A DNA stretch of 45,944 nt, filler included, from Sphacelaria rigidula (taxonomy: Eukaryota), in assembly GCA_964200075.2 (NCBI GenBank). It is 2 parts of 2 records of this genome, joined end to end, with 100 filler letters (N's around TTAATTAATTAA, not from the genome) between each part and the next. Parts side by side here need not be neighbours in the genome. Positions count along the whole stretch, not along the records: positions 23,026 to 45,944 come from CAXNAA020000300.1; 1 more part is not named here. One strand, written 5' to 3'. Every line of letters begins with the position of its first letter. Within the stretch, counting starts at the first letter, position 1. Below, piece after piece: positions 23,202 through 35,961 of this stretch. A program made the position numbers and the translations under genes. The notes below the pieces were generated by a model that was not told the origin of the DNA, ran no database searches, and saw only the letters and a program-made list of their open reading frames with translations.

Positions 23202-24894
23202 ACTTGCTGCTTCTCGTGCGGACGGTCCACGGCACTCGACAGCCCCCCGAATACAAACAAGATCTAGAGGACCTTTCTGCAGTGGAGCCCTGACATGAAG
23301 TAGCCGCCAGCTTTGTTCTTCTTCCAACTCTCCCTCTGTAGTTCGACACTTCAAAGGATACTCGCCATGCGCATTTACTGTAGTTACGTTGGTGTGTAGC
23401 GGCCACAACAGCTGCTGTTCGTGCTCTTGCCTTGTTATCTTCGCAATGACGGTAAACGTGGAGTGGCAGCTCGGGGGCGTGTGCTTCCCGACTGGTACAG
23501 ACAAAGGAAGGACACTTGCTAGTGCAACAAGATTGTCCATCTACTGATGTGGAGCGAGCTTCCCGGAGGAACAAAATCACCTCAACACCGACCACTCCCA
23601 GACTTGAATAATAAATGCGCAAAAAGTATATCAACCTACGGGGACCCACATTTTTTTAATCAGCTGCCCGTCACGGATGTTTTCAAACAAGGCGAAGCCT
23701 TCACGCGTAGTACCGGAGTGCAGGCAGTACACAGCAGTAACACACACACAGTAAACGAAGTGAAGCCTTCACGTGTAGTACCATAGTGCAGGCAGTAGTC
23801 AGTAGTCATATCCTCTGCATCTGCATCCACTGCCATGGACGTGCATCTGAATGTGACCTCGAACCCTCCAGTGAAGACGGATAGTACTGTACTGTATTGG
23901 CGAAGCACAGCTACCTACTGTGCTCGCGAGTACAGCCCGTGCTTATAACCTGGCAGAGTACAGCCTGTACTCGGAAATGGAGTAGTACAAGATAACAAGT
24001 ACAGGCTACAGCTGTGTTGTCGTGTTTGCGAAGCATAGCCTATACTTGGAATGTCGTACTGTTCGCAAGATCCACGCCCTGTATTGTGAATACTCTTGCC
24101 TGCTGCAACACCCTGGCACTTCATTGTACTACCGTTTTACCGTAAAGTCTACATCTTACAGTATGTTTTGTGCCCATCATCTGAAGAAAAAAAATCTCAT
24201 CCACGGCACCACCAGATGATGAAGATCGAAGTGGGTGTTTTCCGTCGTGCTCAACATTGACTCGTGCTGGCTGGACTTCGATACTCCGTCGGTCCTCTTT
24301 GTGTTTGTCTCTGCTGTATGCCGGTCGCCCCGGTGGCTCAATTTGTAACCTCGAAACCTTCTGACCTTCTATGCGTGTAGTTGTATTCGTGTGAACTATG
24401 TCCGTGCTGTTCACCTGCCCGCTGAGCGGGTTTGTAGAGGTGGCGCTCTCAAATTCAAAAACTTGGCTCTGGTTTTGCTCGTAATCCGAATCCACTTTGT
24501 TTGAAACCATCCGTAATGGGCAGCTGATAAAAAAATGTAGGCTCCCGAATTAGAGAAGAACAACGCGGGATCGGTCATGATAAAACGTCACAGTGGAAAT
24601 AAGGATCCAGCTATATAGGTGGATATACTTATTGCGTGAATAAATGTACTAGAAACATAGTTCATTTCCGGCCGGCGTATACCTGCCTGTACCATAGAAC
24701 CAGTTCCATACTACGTTTGAGCAGATCCGCCAGTCTAAAAACGAACACATTTTTGAGTTCACCCACCACCCCCAATAGTGACGAACCATCATAATGCGAA
24801 CAGACCACGACATGTACACGCGCAGTACTACATGCACATGCCGTCGACGCAGTCGTTGGCGTTCCCCGCGACGCGTCCGAGACTCTCTCTTTAG

Positions 24895-25079
24895 GCGTAG
24901 AGTACTCCTTGATCTCGGTTGTGTAACTCATATGGGTGGGCGCCCACTACGTTACGCCGTTCCGTTTGCAGCGGAAATGGCTCAAGTACGATTGCACTAC
25001 TGGGGGTGGCACTAGCGCGTTTGCCTCGTTCGATGCCCACTGGCATTCCGGGAGGCACGTGTTGTACGTGTACGTCAAG
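24895..25079 (+). pseudogene. Degenerate exon resembling the His-box/C-terminus of a USP (C19)-like cysteine peptidase
   Basis: After acceptor-like CTCTCTCTTTAG it reads VEYSLISVV*LIWVGAHYVTPFRLQRKWLKYDC...HVLYVYVK, resembling YxLxxVVxH...GHY...WxxYDD...YxLxY. In-frame TAA at 24924-24926. Confidence 0.45.
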
Positions 25080-25759
25080 ACGAATCTACAAGTAGTGGCC
25101 AGGGATAGATCGAGAGAACCTAGCGGGAACTTGTCGAGCGACGACTCCGGTCTCAGCTCCGCCTTCCTGCGCACCCTTGCGCACGTGGAAGGACGTCACT
25201 CGGACTTGAACGATAATGTCTGGAATTGGCGTGGTGCGATGCACGAAAGAACTGTCATCGTCAATCTATGGCCCTCACTTTCTTTCCGTCCCTTCTTCTG
25301 CTTGTATGCCGTTCTTGCTTTTCTTCATTGAGGGCGTCTGTCTCTTCTGTCCCTTTTCCATTCCATTTCAATGTGAGAAAGGATGGGAAAATTGGAAGTA
25401 GTGTGATGCGAAGCAGAGCGATCTATATATTATATCATGCCGCGAGTAGTTAATTACGACTGTGACGCCTGATTCGTACAGGAGTTCTGCAAGGCAGTAA
25501 GCTCCAAGTATAATCGTGTCGGCCGTGTATGAACTGGTCTGATTTTTCGTCTGTAGTGTGGTGCGTGAGTACTAGTAGTGAGGAAAGTTCGATGATTACA
25601 TGGCAGTTGTTGGGATGAACGTGGCTTTCAAAAATATTCTAGATCAGAGCTTACTGAATCCACACCGTCATGATTCTGTTGTTCATGTATGCTGGGGAGG
25701 TCGAATGCTATTCTTAACCATCATTACATCATCTTCTTTTGTCGTTGAAGTCGACCTGC

Positions 25760-26235
25760 TCTTTTCTTTCGTTTCGTGTTGTTTCAACCCAAAACGACCG
25801 CAAGCAAGTCGGCCGAAACACCTCATCCAACAATGTTTTCGTGAGTTTGAGAGCGAGAAGGGGTCAATTAGTGAATGATTCGTTTCAGATCCGAAATGCC
25901 CCTCTACGAGGCCCAATATACTTTCTGTGGTAGCTTGGCACTGACTCCCTTGATATCCTTGAGTGGGATGGACATTGACAGGTAGCTGTAAGCACACGCC
26001 ACACGGGTGGCCACTGGGGTGCCTGTAACCTCAACTTTGGAAGTTACAACAGACGTTGCTTGAGGTCTGTAACGTCCGAATTTAAGGTTGCAGGCACTCC
26101 AGTGGCCACCCGTGCAGTCATGGAGGCGGAGAAAAGCACACATGGAATGAAAAATTAGCTGAGTTGAAGCGAATGGTCAAATCCACTCTCAATCAGCGCC
26201 TTACTCTAAATCTCACGAAAACGTTGTTGTTATCC
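25760..26235 (-). repeat. Dispersed repeat, inverted homologue of ~8490-9170
   Basis: Three shared sequence blocks in colinear inverted order (see the 8490-9170 entry). Confidence 0.68.
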
Positions 26236-27188
26236 GCCGTTTCCCCCTCCCACAACAAGTTTGCGAGGTCAATGGTGTGATGACTAAGGCATGCATGATC
26301 ATGAGTACATTCCCCACAACAATTTTGAAGGTTGACCGTCCAGCACAAAATATGGTCATTCGGCCAAAATGATACTCACTCCGTGATAGAGTACTTTGGC
26401 ATGTGCGGGCAGGGCCGGGGTAGTGAGGTGACCGGGGCATCATCTCAGGCTAGAGCATCACTTTTTGATGATAGTAAGGAAGCGAGTGGTTGACGCGGTC
26501 AAGACTCTTGGTCGTCACCAGCCTCCACGGTGCTTCAGCGTAGTGAGTGCATGGAATACCGGTGAAACGGTACGGCATCAATGATACGTCGAATTACAAC
26601 ACTGTACTAATGCATGACACCTGACAGGCGTGCACCCTGGAGTCAGTGGGTTCCGCTCGATGTAGGCTGAAGAAAAGCCCAAATTCGCTTGACCGTTCTC
26701 TCCGTTTTCAAGTTGCCGTATCCTCACGTGCCTCGTGTCATCTCGGCACCCATTGTGAAGGCATGCTATTGCTATTTTGAACGCAACAGTTACGCGGTAG
26801 AAGTGCTGTTAACACTCAACCGCAAGAAAAAAACGCACCAGACCGAAATAAGTGGGCATCGACAATGGAATTGTCGACGAGGCTACCTGGTCGCACAGAG
26901 GAGTTGGATGGATTCCTCCTTAGGCACAACAGCAGCCAGTGCTTGACCGGTTGCATTTGTTGGTACGACATAGCCTTCTACTCGGTGACTACAAGCACGT
27001 TTTCCCATGAGGACCCTGGCGTCGTTAGAACGAGCATTTTATTTTGAACTCCGCATCAACACCCGTCCCACACTCTCTCGACACCGCACAACACAACCAC
27101 CTATTTAAACATCACCAATAGACACCCGTATACACACAGCACCTCGAAATATACTCATTTTCTCCCATCTATATGCAAGTAAATCTAA

Positions 27189-28851
27189 CGAAGTTGTGTT
27201 CGGTAGGGTGATATTTTTTATGTACCCGCGGTATTCACTGGGTCACCCGACAGTTGTGCACGATCTGCACGAGATGCTTACTTTTACGGGGGACACGAGT
27301 ATACCCTTGTACATATGCCCGACGGTGGGTACAAGTTTCTCTGCGACCTCCATGCCCGTGCCCGACACGGGTGCAACTCCTGTAAGTCCATATATTTACG
27401 GTACCCCGCAGTTGTGCACGATCTGCACGGAATGCTTACTCTCACGTGGGGCGCGAGTATACCTTTGTACATATGCCCGATGGTGGGTACAAGTTTCTTT
27501 GCGACCTCCATGCCAATGCCTGACACTGGTGCACCTTTTGTAAGTCCATCTATTCCGGTACCCGGTACTTGTACACGATATGTATGGAATGCCAACTCTC
27601 ACGTGGGGCGCGAGTATACCTTTGTACATATGCCCGATGGTGGGCAGGCATTTCTCTGCGACCTCCATGCCAATGCCTGACACTGGTGCACCTTTTGTAA
27701 GCCCATCTATTCCGGTACCCGGTACTTGTACACGATCTGTACGGAATGCTTACTCTCACGTGGGGCGCGAGTATACCTTTGTACATATGCCCGATGGTGG
27801 GTACAAGTTTTTCTGCGACCTCCATGCCCGTGCCCGACACTGGTGCACCTTTTGTAAGTCCATCTATTCCGGTACCCGGTACTTGTACACGATCTGTACG
27901 GAATGCTTACTCTCACGTGGGGCGCGAGAATATCCTTGTACGTATACCCGACGGTGGGTACAAGCTTTTCTGCGACCTCCATGCCAATGCCTGACACTGG
28001 TGCACCTTCTGTAAGTCCATCTATTCCGGTACCCGGTACTTATACACGATCTGTACGGAATGCCAACTTTTACGTGGGGCGCGAGTATAGCCGTTTACCT
28101 GTCCCCGATGGTGGGTACAAGTTTCTCTGCGACCTCCATGTCCGTGCCCGACCCTTGTGCAACTTCTGTAAGCCCATCTATTCCGGTACCCGGCAATTGT
28201 GCACGATCTGTACGAAATGCTAACTCTCACGTGGGGCGCGAGTATACCCTTGTACGTATACCCGATGGTGGGTAAGGTTTCGTGTGCGACCTCAATGTCC
28301 GTGCCCGACACTTGTGCACCTTCTGTAAGTCCATCTATTTACGCTACCCGGCACTTGAGCACGATCTGCACGGGATGCTTACTCTCACGTGGGACATGAG
28401 AACACCCCTTGTACATATAACCGATGGTGGGGAGGGGTTTCTCTGCGACCCCCATGCCGGTGCCTGACACTTGTGCAACTTGTGTAGGCCTATCTATTCC
28501 GTTACCCGGCACCTGTGCACGATCTGCACGGAATGCTTACTCTTACGTGGGGCACGAGTATATCCTTGTAAATATACCCGGTGGCACGTAGGAGTTCATG
28601 TGCGACCTCCATGACCGTGCCCCATAGTAGTGCAACTTCTGTAAGCCCATCTATTCCGGAGCCCGGCAGTTGTACACCATCTGTACGGAATGCTTACTCT
28701 CACGTGCTACTCCTTGTGCATATACCCGGTGGCGCCCCTGTACAACCTCGATGCATCCGACAGGTTCCGGAAATTATGGGAGTCCCATACGAGTACCCGA
28801 CACTCCAGCAAGTTCTCTAAAGAATTCCATACCCTACCGAACACAACCCTG
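27189..28851. mobile_element. Non-autonomous TIR element (hAT-like) enclosing a tandem array
   Basis: Perfect 17-bp inverted repeat GTTGTGTTCGGTAGGGT (27193-27209) / ACCCTACCGAACACAAC (28831-28847). The right end reads CAGGG on the minus strand. The 8-bp flanks AAATCTAA / CAATCTTC match at 5/8. Confidence 0.65.
27240..28705. repeat. Tandem array of ~157-bp units, about 9-9.5 copies
   Basis: CACGATCTG.ACGGAATGC..ACTCTCACGTGGGGCGCGAG recurs every ~157 nt. The ORF track shows the same period (27396/27550/27707 and 27683/27840/27997). Central copies are the most similar to each other. Confidence 0.95.
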
Positions 28852-31800
28852 CAATCTTCTCATACTAAACCTTCGTGTAAAAATACACGCGCGCGAGGTT
28901 TTCAGCTCAGATAAGACATATCCCACCGCGAAACACCGTCCGCTCAACAAGGTGTGGCTTCGAATCATGAGTGGAACTGAACGGATTATTTAACTTCCTG
29001 AAACAAAACACGGCTAACGTTGAGTAGACGTGAATGTTATGCCTTCCAAAACCTCGGCGAAGCTAACACTTCCAACAGCAGCACAGCCGATCGTCGATGG
29101 ACAGTCAGACGAGGCGCCGAAGACCCTACCGATCGACCTTAGCTCTTCCATCATGCCACCGACTCAAGACACCCACCCACCCACCCACAGTACACTTCTT
29201 CATATCCCCGGAGCAAACCCATAGTAATTCATCGTCGAATGGCAACAACACAGTACGGCCGAGAACGTTATATTTAGGTTTCGTTTCCTCAGTGTATCTG
29301 GTACAGTATACACTATGTGATTCAAAGGTATTTTGTCACCTTCCCACAATAAACCCTCCATTTCCCCACTCGCCGCTGCAGACCATGAAACTCATTGTGT
29401 CTTCACAAGTTCAACAGGCTGCAACGTCAGACGAGAACAGCCGTGTCGACCGCCATTCCTACCCAAAAATATCTTTCACAAGAGCTAAAGAAGGAAAAAA
29501 ACTAAGACGACGTGATGATCGAAAAAAATAAATGTTAAGCTATGTGCCGCCAGAGATGGCTTCTCCTCTATTACTCATCCGTCCCCTAAAAACAATTTGA
29601 CTGGTGGAACGTAAAGCAAACGTCACTCGCTCGCCCGATGTATATAATGAGCCATGTATGTCCGAGCAAAAATGCGGTATCGGACCAGCTCTTGTTCCTA
29701 CCGTATCACCAAGGCGACAAAGCTGAACGAAAAATATGCACTACGCCAGCGTGCCCTCAACACCTACCCGCCCCCTCTTCTTGTCTTGCCTGTACTGCCA
29801 AATCAAAACAGGCTGGCTTTTTCATACATCGACGTGCTCGTTCCGTACCAGTTCGCCGGTAGAACCCATAAAACCTCGATAAAAAACAGTAAAAGATGAT
29901 AATGCAGTGAACGTACAATCCTAACAGTCAATTTATGTCAACACAAACGTACTTGCCTTCCACTTGGAACTCCTCCTCAACTAAGTGGGAAAGCATCATG
30001 TCCCTCATTGAGTCCAAACCATGTCTCCCCATGAATACCAACGCTAAAATCCGTCGCATACCCTTTCGATAACATGCCCAACAACACGTCCATGTACACC
30101 CAGACATACAGCACTCAGACAACATGTGTATACCCCATATCCCTAATATGCCCATCAATCACACACCAAATCTCTGTGCGGCGGAAAAGCACGCAAAGAG
30201 TGGCGCTTACCGTGATTCAAATATAAACTCGCTTAAGAAAAAAACAAATGATTGTTTCTCCCGCAATCAGTCCGTCCCTAAACAGGATGCGGCTCCGAAC
30301 CATAAAAGTCAATCCGAATGAACAGTTCCTCTAGAACGTCTCGACGAAGTCGCCAGTTCCAACGACGGCACTATCTTCGACCGAAAGCCACACGAAAAAA
30401 AAAATCGATAAAACAAAAGAACAAGGCCTTCACAGCTGAGCAAAGCTACTACCTCAACACACAGCACATCACCACACTTGCTGGTCGCGCTATAATACAG
30501 CGTTGCTGCAACACTACAGGACACACTTCTTTTGACACCACTACAGCACTTCACGGCACATGTCTGATAACAACGACAGCCAACTACACAAGTAATCTCA
30601 ATGCCCGACTTCTTCTGTTACTCAGCACCCTACTCTACAAACTTCCACTTTTTTTGTTGTTGTATTTTTCACTTACTTTTACCGCTTACTTCTTTCAACT
30701 CCCTACCCGTGCCTCAACCAGTGAAGTAATGCACCATCAGATAACTGTCACATACAAACATGACGCTGTCACGAAACACGTCCCACTCAGACACAAACAA
30801 CGTCACGGTACAGCTACCTCGGCACATGTGTGATTATAGTACAGCAACGGCCCGAAGGTACCCGGGAAGACGCACACATACACGCACACTGTCATTGCCG
30901 AAGTCTGCACAGCGCCTGCCTCCCAAAACGCATACGCATGAACCCCAACAGCACCGACAGCGAATGAGACAGCTCAACCACGTGATATGCACGCCAACCG
31001 ATACAACTCATGTGTATGAGAAACCGTGTGAATTTCCGTGATCGAATGTCCCACACCACCTTCGAAGAAAAAAAGCAGACCAAAAACACTGCGTAACAAC
31101 TGCGCTATTCACCCCTATTTCAAAATCACTCGCACAGGATCCAAGCACCAGATCTCAAACACGATGCACCACTACCCGGTTCGGTCCGAGCCGCCTTATC
31201 CTGAACCTGAATCAAGCCATCATCAACTGCGCAACACTTCGCAATATCCACCGTACATCGTTCCTCTTGCAGCAGAATCATCAAAATTACGGTTCCTTCG
31301 TCTTTCACTTCCCGTGATACGTCTGATTTCACCGCAAAAGCCGTAATTGACGATGAAACAGTATAACTTCCGATATAATGTAACAAGCTGCAACACTGCG
31401 CTCTCATTATTTGACTTGCTCCGCGGAGGAAAACACAAGGGTCCTTCCTGGATCACCGCAGACAACGCTCAGTCGTCAAGAGGGCTGCGCTTGACCCACA
31501 GGCGAGGCCTCGTCCGGCGCGGAGGCTCCTCGAAGCTGAATGCGTCTGCATCGTACAGCACGAGAAAGCGATCAAGAGGCGAGGGAATTGGTCAGCATAG
31601 GTGCCGAATATTCTACGAGGAAACAGCCAACATATCGCTCATGATAAGATCAAGAGGGCAGTACTGCGGCATCCAGCCATGGCTGCTGGTCATCCTTTTC
31701 CACTTCTGGCTCCAGTCTCGAACTGCTGCGCACATGTTTTACTATCTGCATGAACCTTGACGGCAAACACGAAAAATGTTCCATCTCAGCACTCCGTCAA

Positions 31801-31947
31801 CAAGTAGCCGAGACATACTGCTGTGCGTCGCCACCACTCGGGGCATCCGCACCCACGCCAGCACTCATTGATTTTTCGTGTGTTTTCATCATGACGTCCA
31901 TAAGCGTAGCTGCGCGCATCTCGATTTCCCTTGCGATTCAAATGATA

Positions 31948-32240
31948 ACCACACGAAGGTGTATAAACCGATACCACTGGAACCTGCTACAGCGGGATAT
32001 TAAAGGTTCGAATCCCGACACACCGTTTTTATCATGACAAAGTCTGATACTCGTTGTTGAAAATGTGTGCACGGGAGGAGCGAGCAAACTCGACATGGCA
32101 GGAATCGACGGGATGCGGGGGCGCTGATCAGGTTCACGATACCGAATGGTAAGGCACATAGCGGGGACGAGATTCGTTGACCCTTCGAAAAAACAGACTC
32201 GTCCCGAGCAAGAGAACGGCTTCAAAGTGTACACAAAAAC
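31948..32240 (+). mobile_element. tRNA-derived SINE-like element, copy 2 (diverged)
   Basis: B-box GGTTCGAATCC (32005-32015). Body GACGGGATGCGGGGGCGCTGA and 3' end GACTCGTCCCGAG.AAG.G.A.GG.TTCAAAGTG plus an A-rich tail are shared with 22163-22467. Confidence 0.72.
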
Positions 32241-32497
32241 AACGGCAGCAAACATCGAGAGTAACGCTCACACACGACAAACGACAACCTTTGAGGCTAC
32301 AGCAGTCGCCTCCGCTCTGTCCCCGTTCGAAACAATACTGCTTAGGAGACGGCCTACCTTCTTCCGTCGTTCTTCCTGATCCCTTCGCGGTAACGGAAGC
32401 CCCCCCCTCTGGCGATGGGCTCTGAGAACACGCCAGCATACCATGCAAGACAAGGGGTGCGGAAAAGGGTGGTATCCAGATTCAACACGAGAGCATG

Positions 32498-32831
32498 GAT
32501 TTTGATTTGATTTGATCGTCGCACTCAACTGACCCCCCAGGGATCCAGCTGTGGTTTCAAGATAGACGTACTCAAGGAAAACGAAACTGAAACACGCCCC
32601 GAAAAAAACAGAAACAGAACAAAACAAAAAGTCGAACAGAATGACATACATGGCAGACTAAGTCGTAACTACTAAAAAAAAAGTCAACACAAGCAAAGCA
32701 CAAAAAAGAATGGTCGTCCTGAAAAAAAAAAAAAAGAGGGGCGAGGGAGAGGGCCCGAAGCACCCGGGGGAAGCAAAAAAACAGAAAAGACACGAAAATT
32801 CGAGGTATATCGCCACAACAACTCGGGGGAT
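32498..32831 (-). mobile_element. 5'-truncated LINE-like 3' end with (CAAAT)n tail
   Basis: The reverse complement matches 18145-18466 (GTGCTTTGCTTGTGTTGACTTTTT...GTTACGACTTAGTCTGCCATG). Weak candidate TSD GCATG (32493-32497, 32832-32836). Confidence 0.75.
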
Positions 32832-35333
32832 GCATGTGGGCAGCAGCGAACGTATGAAAGGACGCGCGCAGGAGACGAGGAAAACAGGAGCAGCAGCAAA
32901 GATATTTCGTATAATGCCTGCATGGAGTTTAAGTCACACGTAGACAGCGCTCCATCTCCCATGGGAAATATCGTGACCATTACAGGAACCAAAGGAAACG
33001 TTTGTACGGTTTTTGTGCTGCGTACCACCCATACAGCCGACCGCTTCCATTGCCTTTTCATCACGTCCCGCTACCGCTACCTTCAAGCCATCGAGTTGCA
33101 ACGTCTCACCTGTCCCCAACCATCGCTGGTGTCATACGCCCCGAGTTTGACATCGCTGTTGTTGTACTCATCGATACGGCAACATCAGCGAGGTCCAACT
33201 CGGGTCATACACCAGCAGCCTTGGTTGGCGACACGTGAGACGTGAGAAACGTGGGGGAAACGACCAGCTATACGGGTGCTTTGCAGCACATGAATCGTAC
33301 GAATGGCGAATGCAAGAATTGCTTAAATGGCTTCAGAGGTGGTGTTGTCACCTTCACACGATTTCTGTACTGCATACAACCCGCACAGCTGGCCGTTCCA
33401 TCGCGTGTTCCACGTCTCACTACCGCTACCTTCATGCAAAGCCTCACCTGTTGCCAATACTCGCCGCTGTTGCTGTTGCTGTTGCTGTCGCTGGGCACCT
33501 CATTCGCCATGCTCACCTGTGGCACCTTCGGCACCACGCTATCACGTAACCTTTCGAGGGCGCAAGCGCCTACGATAGTAGACGCATTGGCGTACGTTGT
33601 TCGGAAGGGGCGTGCGCGTTTGCCCCTGTTCGAGATGAGCGGGTGTGTGCGCGCACTCACATCGTCGACACGCGAACGCGCCCTCTTCTTCGTGCCGTGG
33701 TACTCATCATCAGCAGCGTCTTGTACCCCGTTCACGGTGCGAGATTTTCGTAAGGCAGTGCTCCTCCTCACCCGGCGCTTGAAGCGCTCGAGCATCATAG
33801 CGCCTTCCACCGCCGCCTCCATCTCCTCGTACGCACAGAGTACGCCCCGTGTCTTGGCAGAAGAGTACATCGGCGTGTATGCGATGGTTCCGTTGCGGTT
33901 AGCCTTCCAAGATTATCTGTGTCGCAGTCGAGACATCCCGCAAATCGCCACAACAGAACGGCTGTGAAATTGACAATACTTGAAGAGCAAGCTGGGGTCA
34001 CCCCCGGGGTTGAGCTCCGAGTTAATCGTTTCATCTTGGACATCTCTTACCCTGGGGGCTCGAGATGATACCAAACAACCGCCCTTAGGCAAGTTCTTTT
34101 GGCGAACAAAAATTACACGAGGAAAAAACCCCGGGTCAAGTGGTTTTTCGCCCGAGGTATTTGTGTCACCATTTTCGAGGAAAATAAAAAGTAAACAAAA
34201 AACTACATTAATTCGGGACGAAAGATCGACGATCCTAGACAAGAACCTATGTTTTTTGGTACCTCAGCATTTGTGTCTTGTGTCGCACACACACCACTCC
34301 TAAGTGCAACAGCTCACAGATGAAACTCAAAGATTGACGCTTTCCCCATGACCAAGCGCTGACGGCTGCAGGGCTGGCCGCGGCCAGCAATCTGAACACC
34401 ATGGTGTCCGCGGTCAGCCGAACACGGCGCATACTTGATTGCGTGGAAGCTCTCTCTAAAGAAACTGACGACTTTGTATGTTGCAGCTGCTTGCTATCGA
34501 GAAGTACTACAAGAGCAAATCACAGCATCAATGCTACTGCTCCCTCACAGACTATCTGGATCACCACAAAAATAGTAGCAGTGTTCCTGTATCGTGCTAC
34601 TCGTCAGCTGCACAACAAAGCACGAGCACTGTGTAGTACGTTACACTAGCAATAGTATTGGTGGTGTTCCTATAGCGAACCAACTACAATTTACTGTATG
34701 CACTATTGATGTAACCCATGATATTGCATTAGGGTCTAGCCCGTCCTACCCGTAGGACTTTGCGTCCTTTCACACGTCTACCTCAGTCCCCGCGTGCACA
34801 CCTTGTACATTAATTTCCGCTGTAGTCGAAATGCCACAGTTTCCAAAAATAACACGCCATTTTCTGCCATATTTGACTGTTTTCTCCGCTCATGCCCCGC
34901 GGCGGTTGTGGACGGATGTCATTACGTGATCGCACACGCAAGACGGGATTCATATTTGAAAACTCAACTGAATCCGCCTTTCCAAGACGATGCAACTCTC
35001 TGCGCCTCTTTTTGTTACTGTTATACAGGCTGGGCCGCCCAAGAAGCTCGCTTTTCTTCAGCCCGTTCTCACTCACGAGGTATCGTGAGTTGTGCCCACT
35101 GTGACACATCGTGGTAATCGGCAAACCAGCGTACGTCTTCGTATCCATGTAGCACTGTGATCCGACAAGGTCTCATCAAACGAGATACCAAACTGTGATG
35201 AAGTGTGAAAGTGTAGAGAGTTGAGGGTACCATGTGCGGCGGAATCAGCCGAGAGAAAACGGCTGAGATTGGATTTTCGCGTACAGTCAGTTTTGTGCCG
35301 CGTGGTGCCGCACAAGCTGTGGCACAATTCCCG

Positions 35334-35961
35334 AGCTCAATATTCGGTCGTTTTCGATGAAATTTCGACATGATGTACAGGAGGTACGTGCAAACATTCC
35401 TTCGTTTCTCCCGTTTTGTTTATTCTCTTCGTGAGTTTTGGCGACGGAACATTTCAGAACAGTTTTTTTCGGAACAAAATCGCCAATAACTCACGGAGAA
35501 AAACAAAAATAACATAGGAGGAAAGGTTCGGTATTCGCACATACGTCCTGTGCATCGTGTCAAAATTTAATCGAAAACAGCTTGAAATTGAACAGCATAA
35601 ATGCGTTTGAATTGTTCGTAACTTGTTCACCTCCATATACTGTAGTGACCGCTTGTCGACGGAATGACGCATTTCCTGCGCTCAATTCTGGATCGTTTCC
35701 GATAAACTTTCGACACGATGTACAGGACGTATGTGCGAACACCTCACCTTATATCCCCTGTTTTTTGTTCTTCCTCCGTGAGTTATTGGCGAAGGAACAT
35801 TTCAGAACAGTTTTTCGGAACAAAATTGTCAGTAACTCACGGAGGAAAACAAAACAAAAACAGGGTATTGGGGATGGAAGATGGGGTGTTCCCACACATG
35901 TCCTAAACATCGTGTCAAAATTTCATCGAAACCGATCCAAAATTGAGCGCAGTAAATGCGT
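35334..35961. repeat. Two adjacent related fold-back (long hairpin) units: 35334-35592 and 35667-35961
   Basis: Each unit has ~110-130-nt imperfect inverted arms around the loop GGAACATTTCAGAACAGTTTTT(TT)CGGAACAAAA. The two units are also direct repeats of each other. Confidence 0.82.

Larger units (their letters stand above)
31465..34490 (-). pseudogene. Possible decayed multi-exon gene of unknown family
   Basis: Exon-like blocks with GT/AG edges. ~34490-34317 (...KASIFEFHL|GTGAG) joins in phase to 33961 onward (CACAG|C RSVVAICGMSRLRHR*SWKANRNG...LCAYEEMEAAVEGAMMLERFK), which has an internal TAA. Further CAG|GTGAG donors occur near 33450 and 33110. A LINE-like tail interrupts one block. Confidence 0.3.

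Noticed and set aside
23039..23649. PolyQ/polyA/polyS protein exon
   Set aside because: It is driven by the (GCT)12 run, and I found no supporting splice structure or domain. It lies next to a gap, so it cannot be fully excluded.
27240..28705. CRISPR array or repeat-protein gene
   Set aside because: The units repeat along their whole length with no unique spacers. 157 is not a multiple of 3, so the overlapping ORFs on both strands are by-products of the array.
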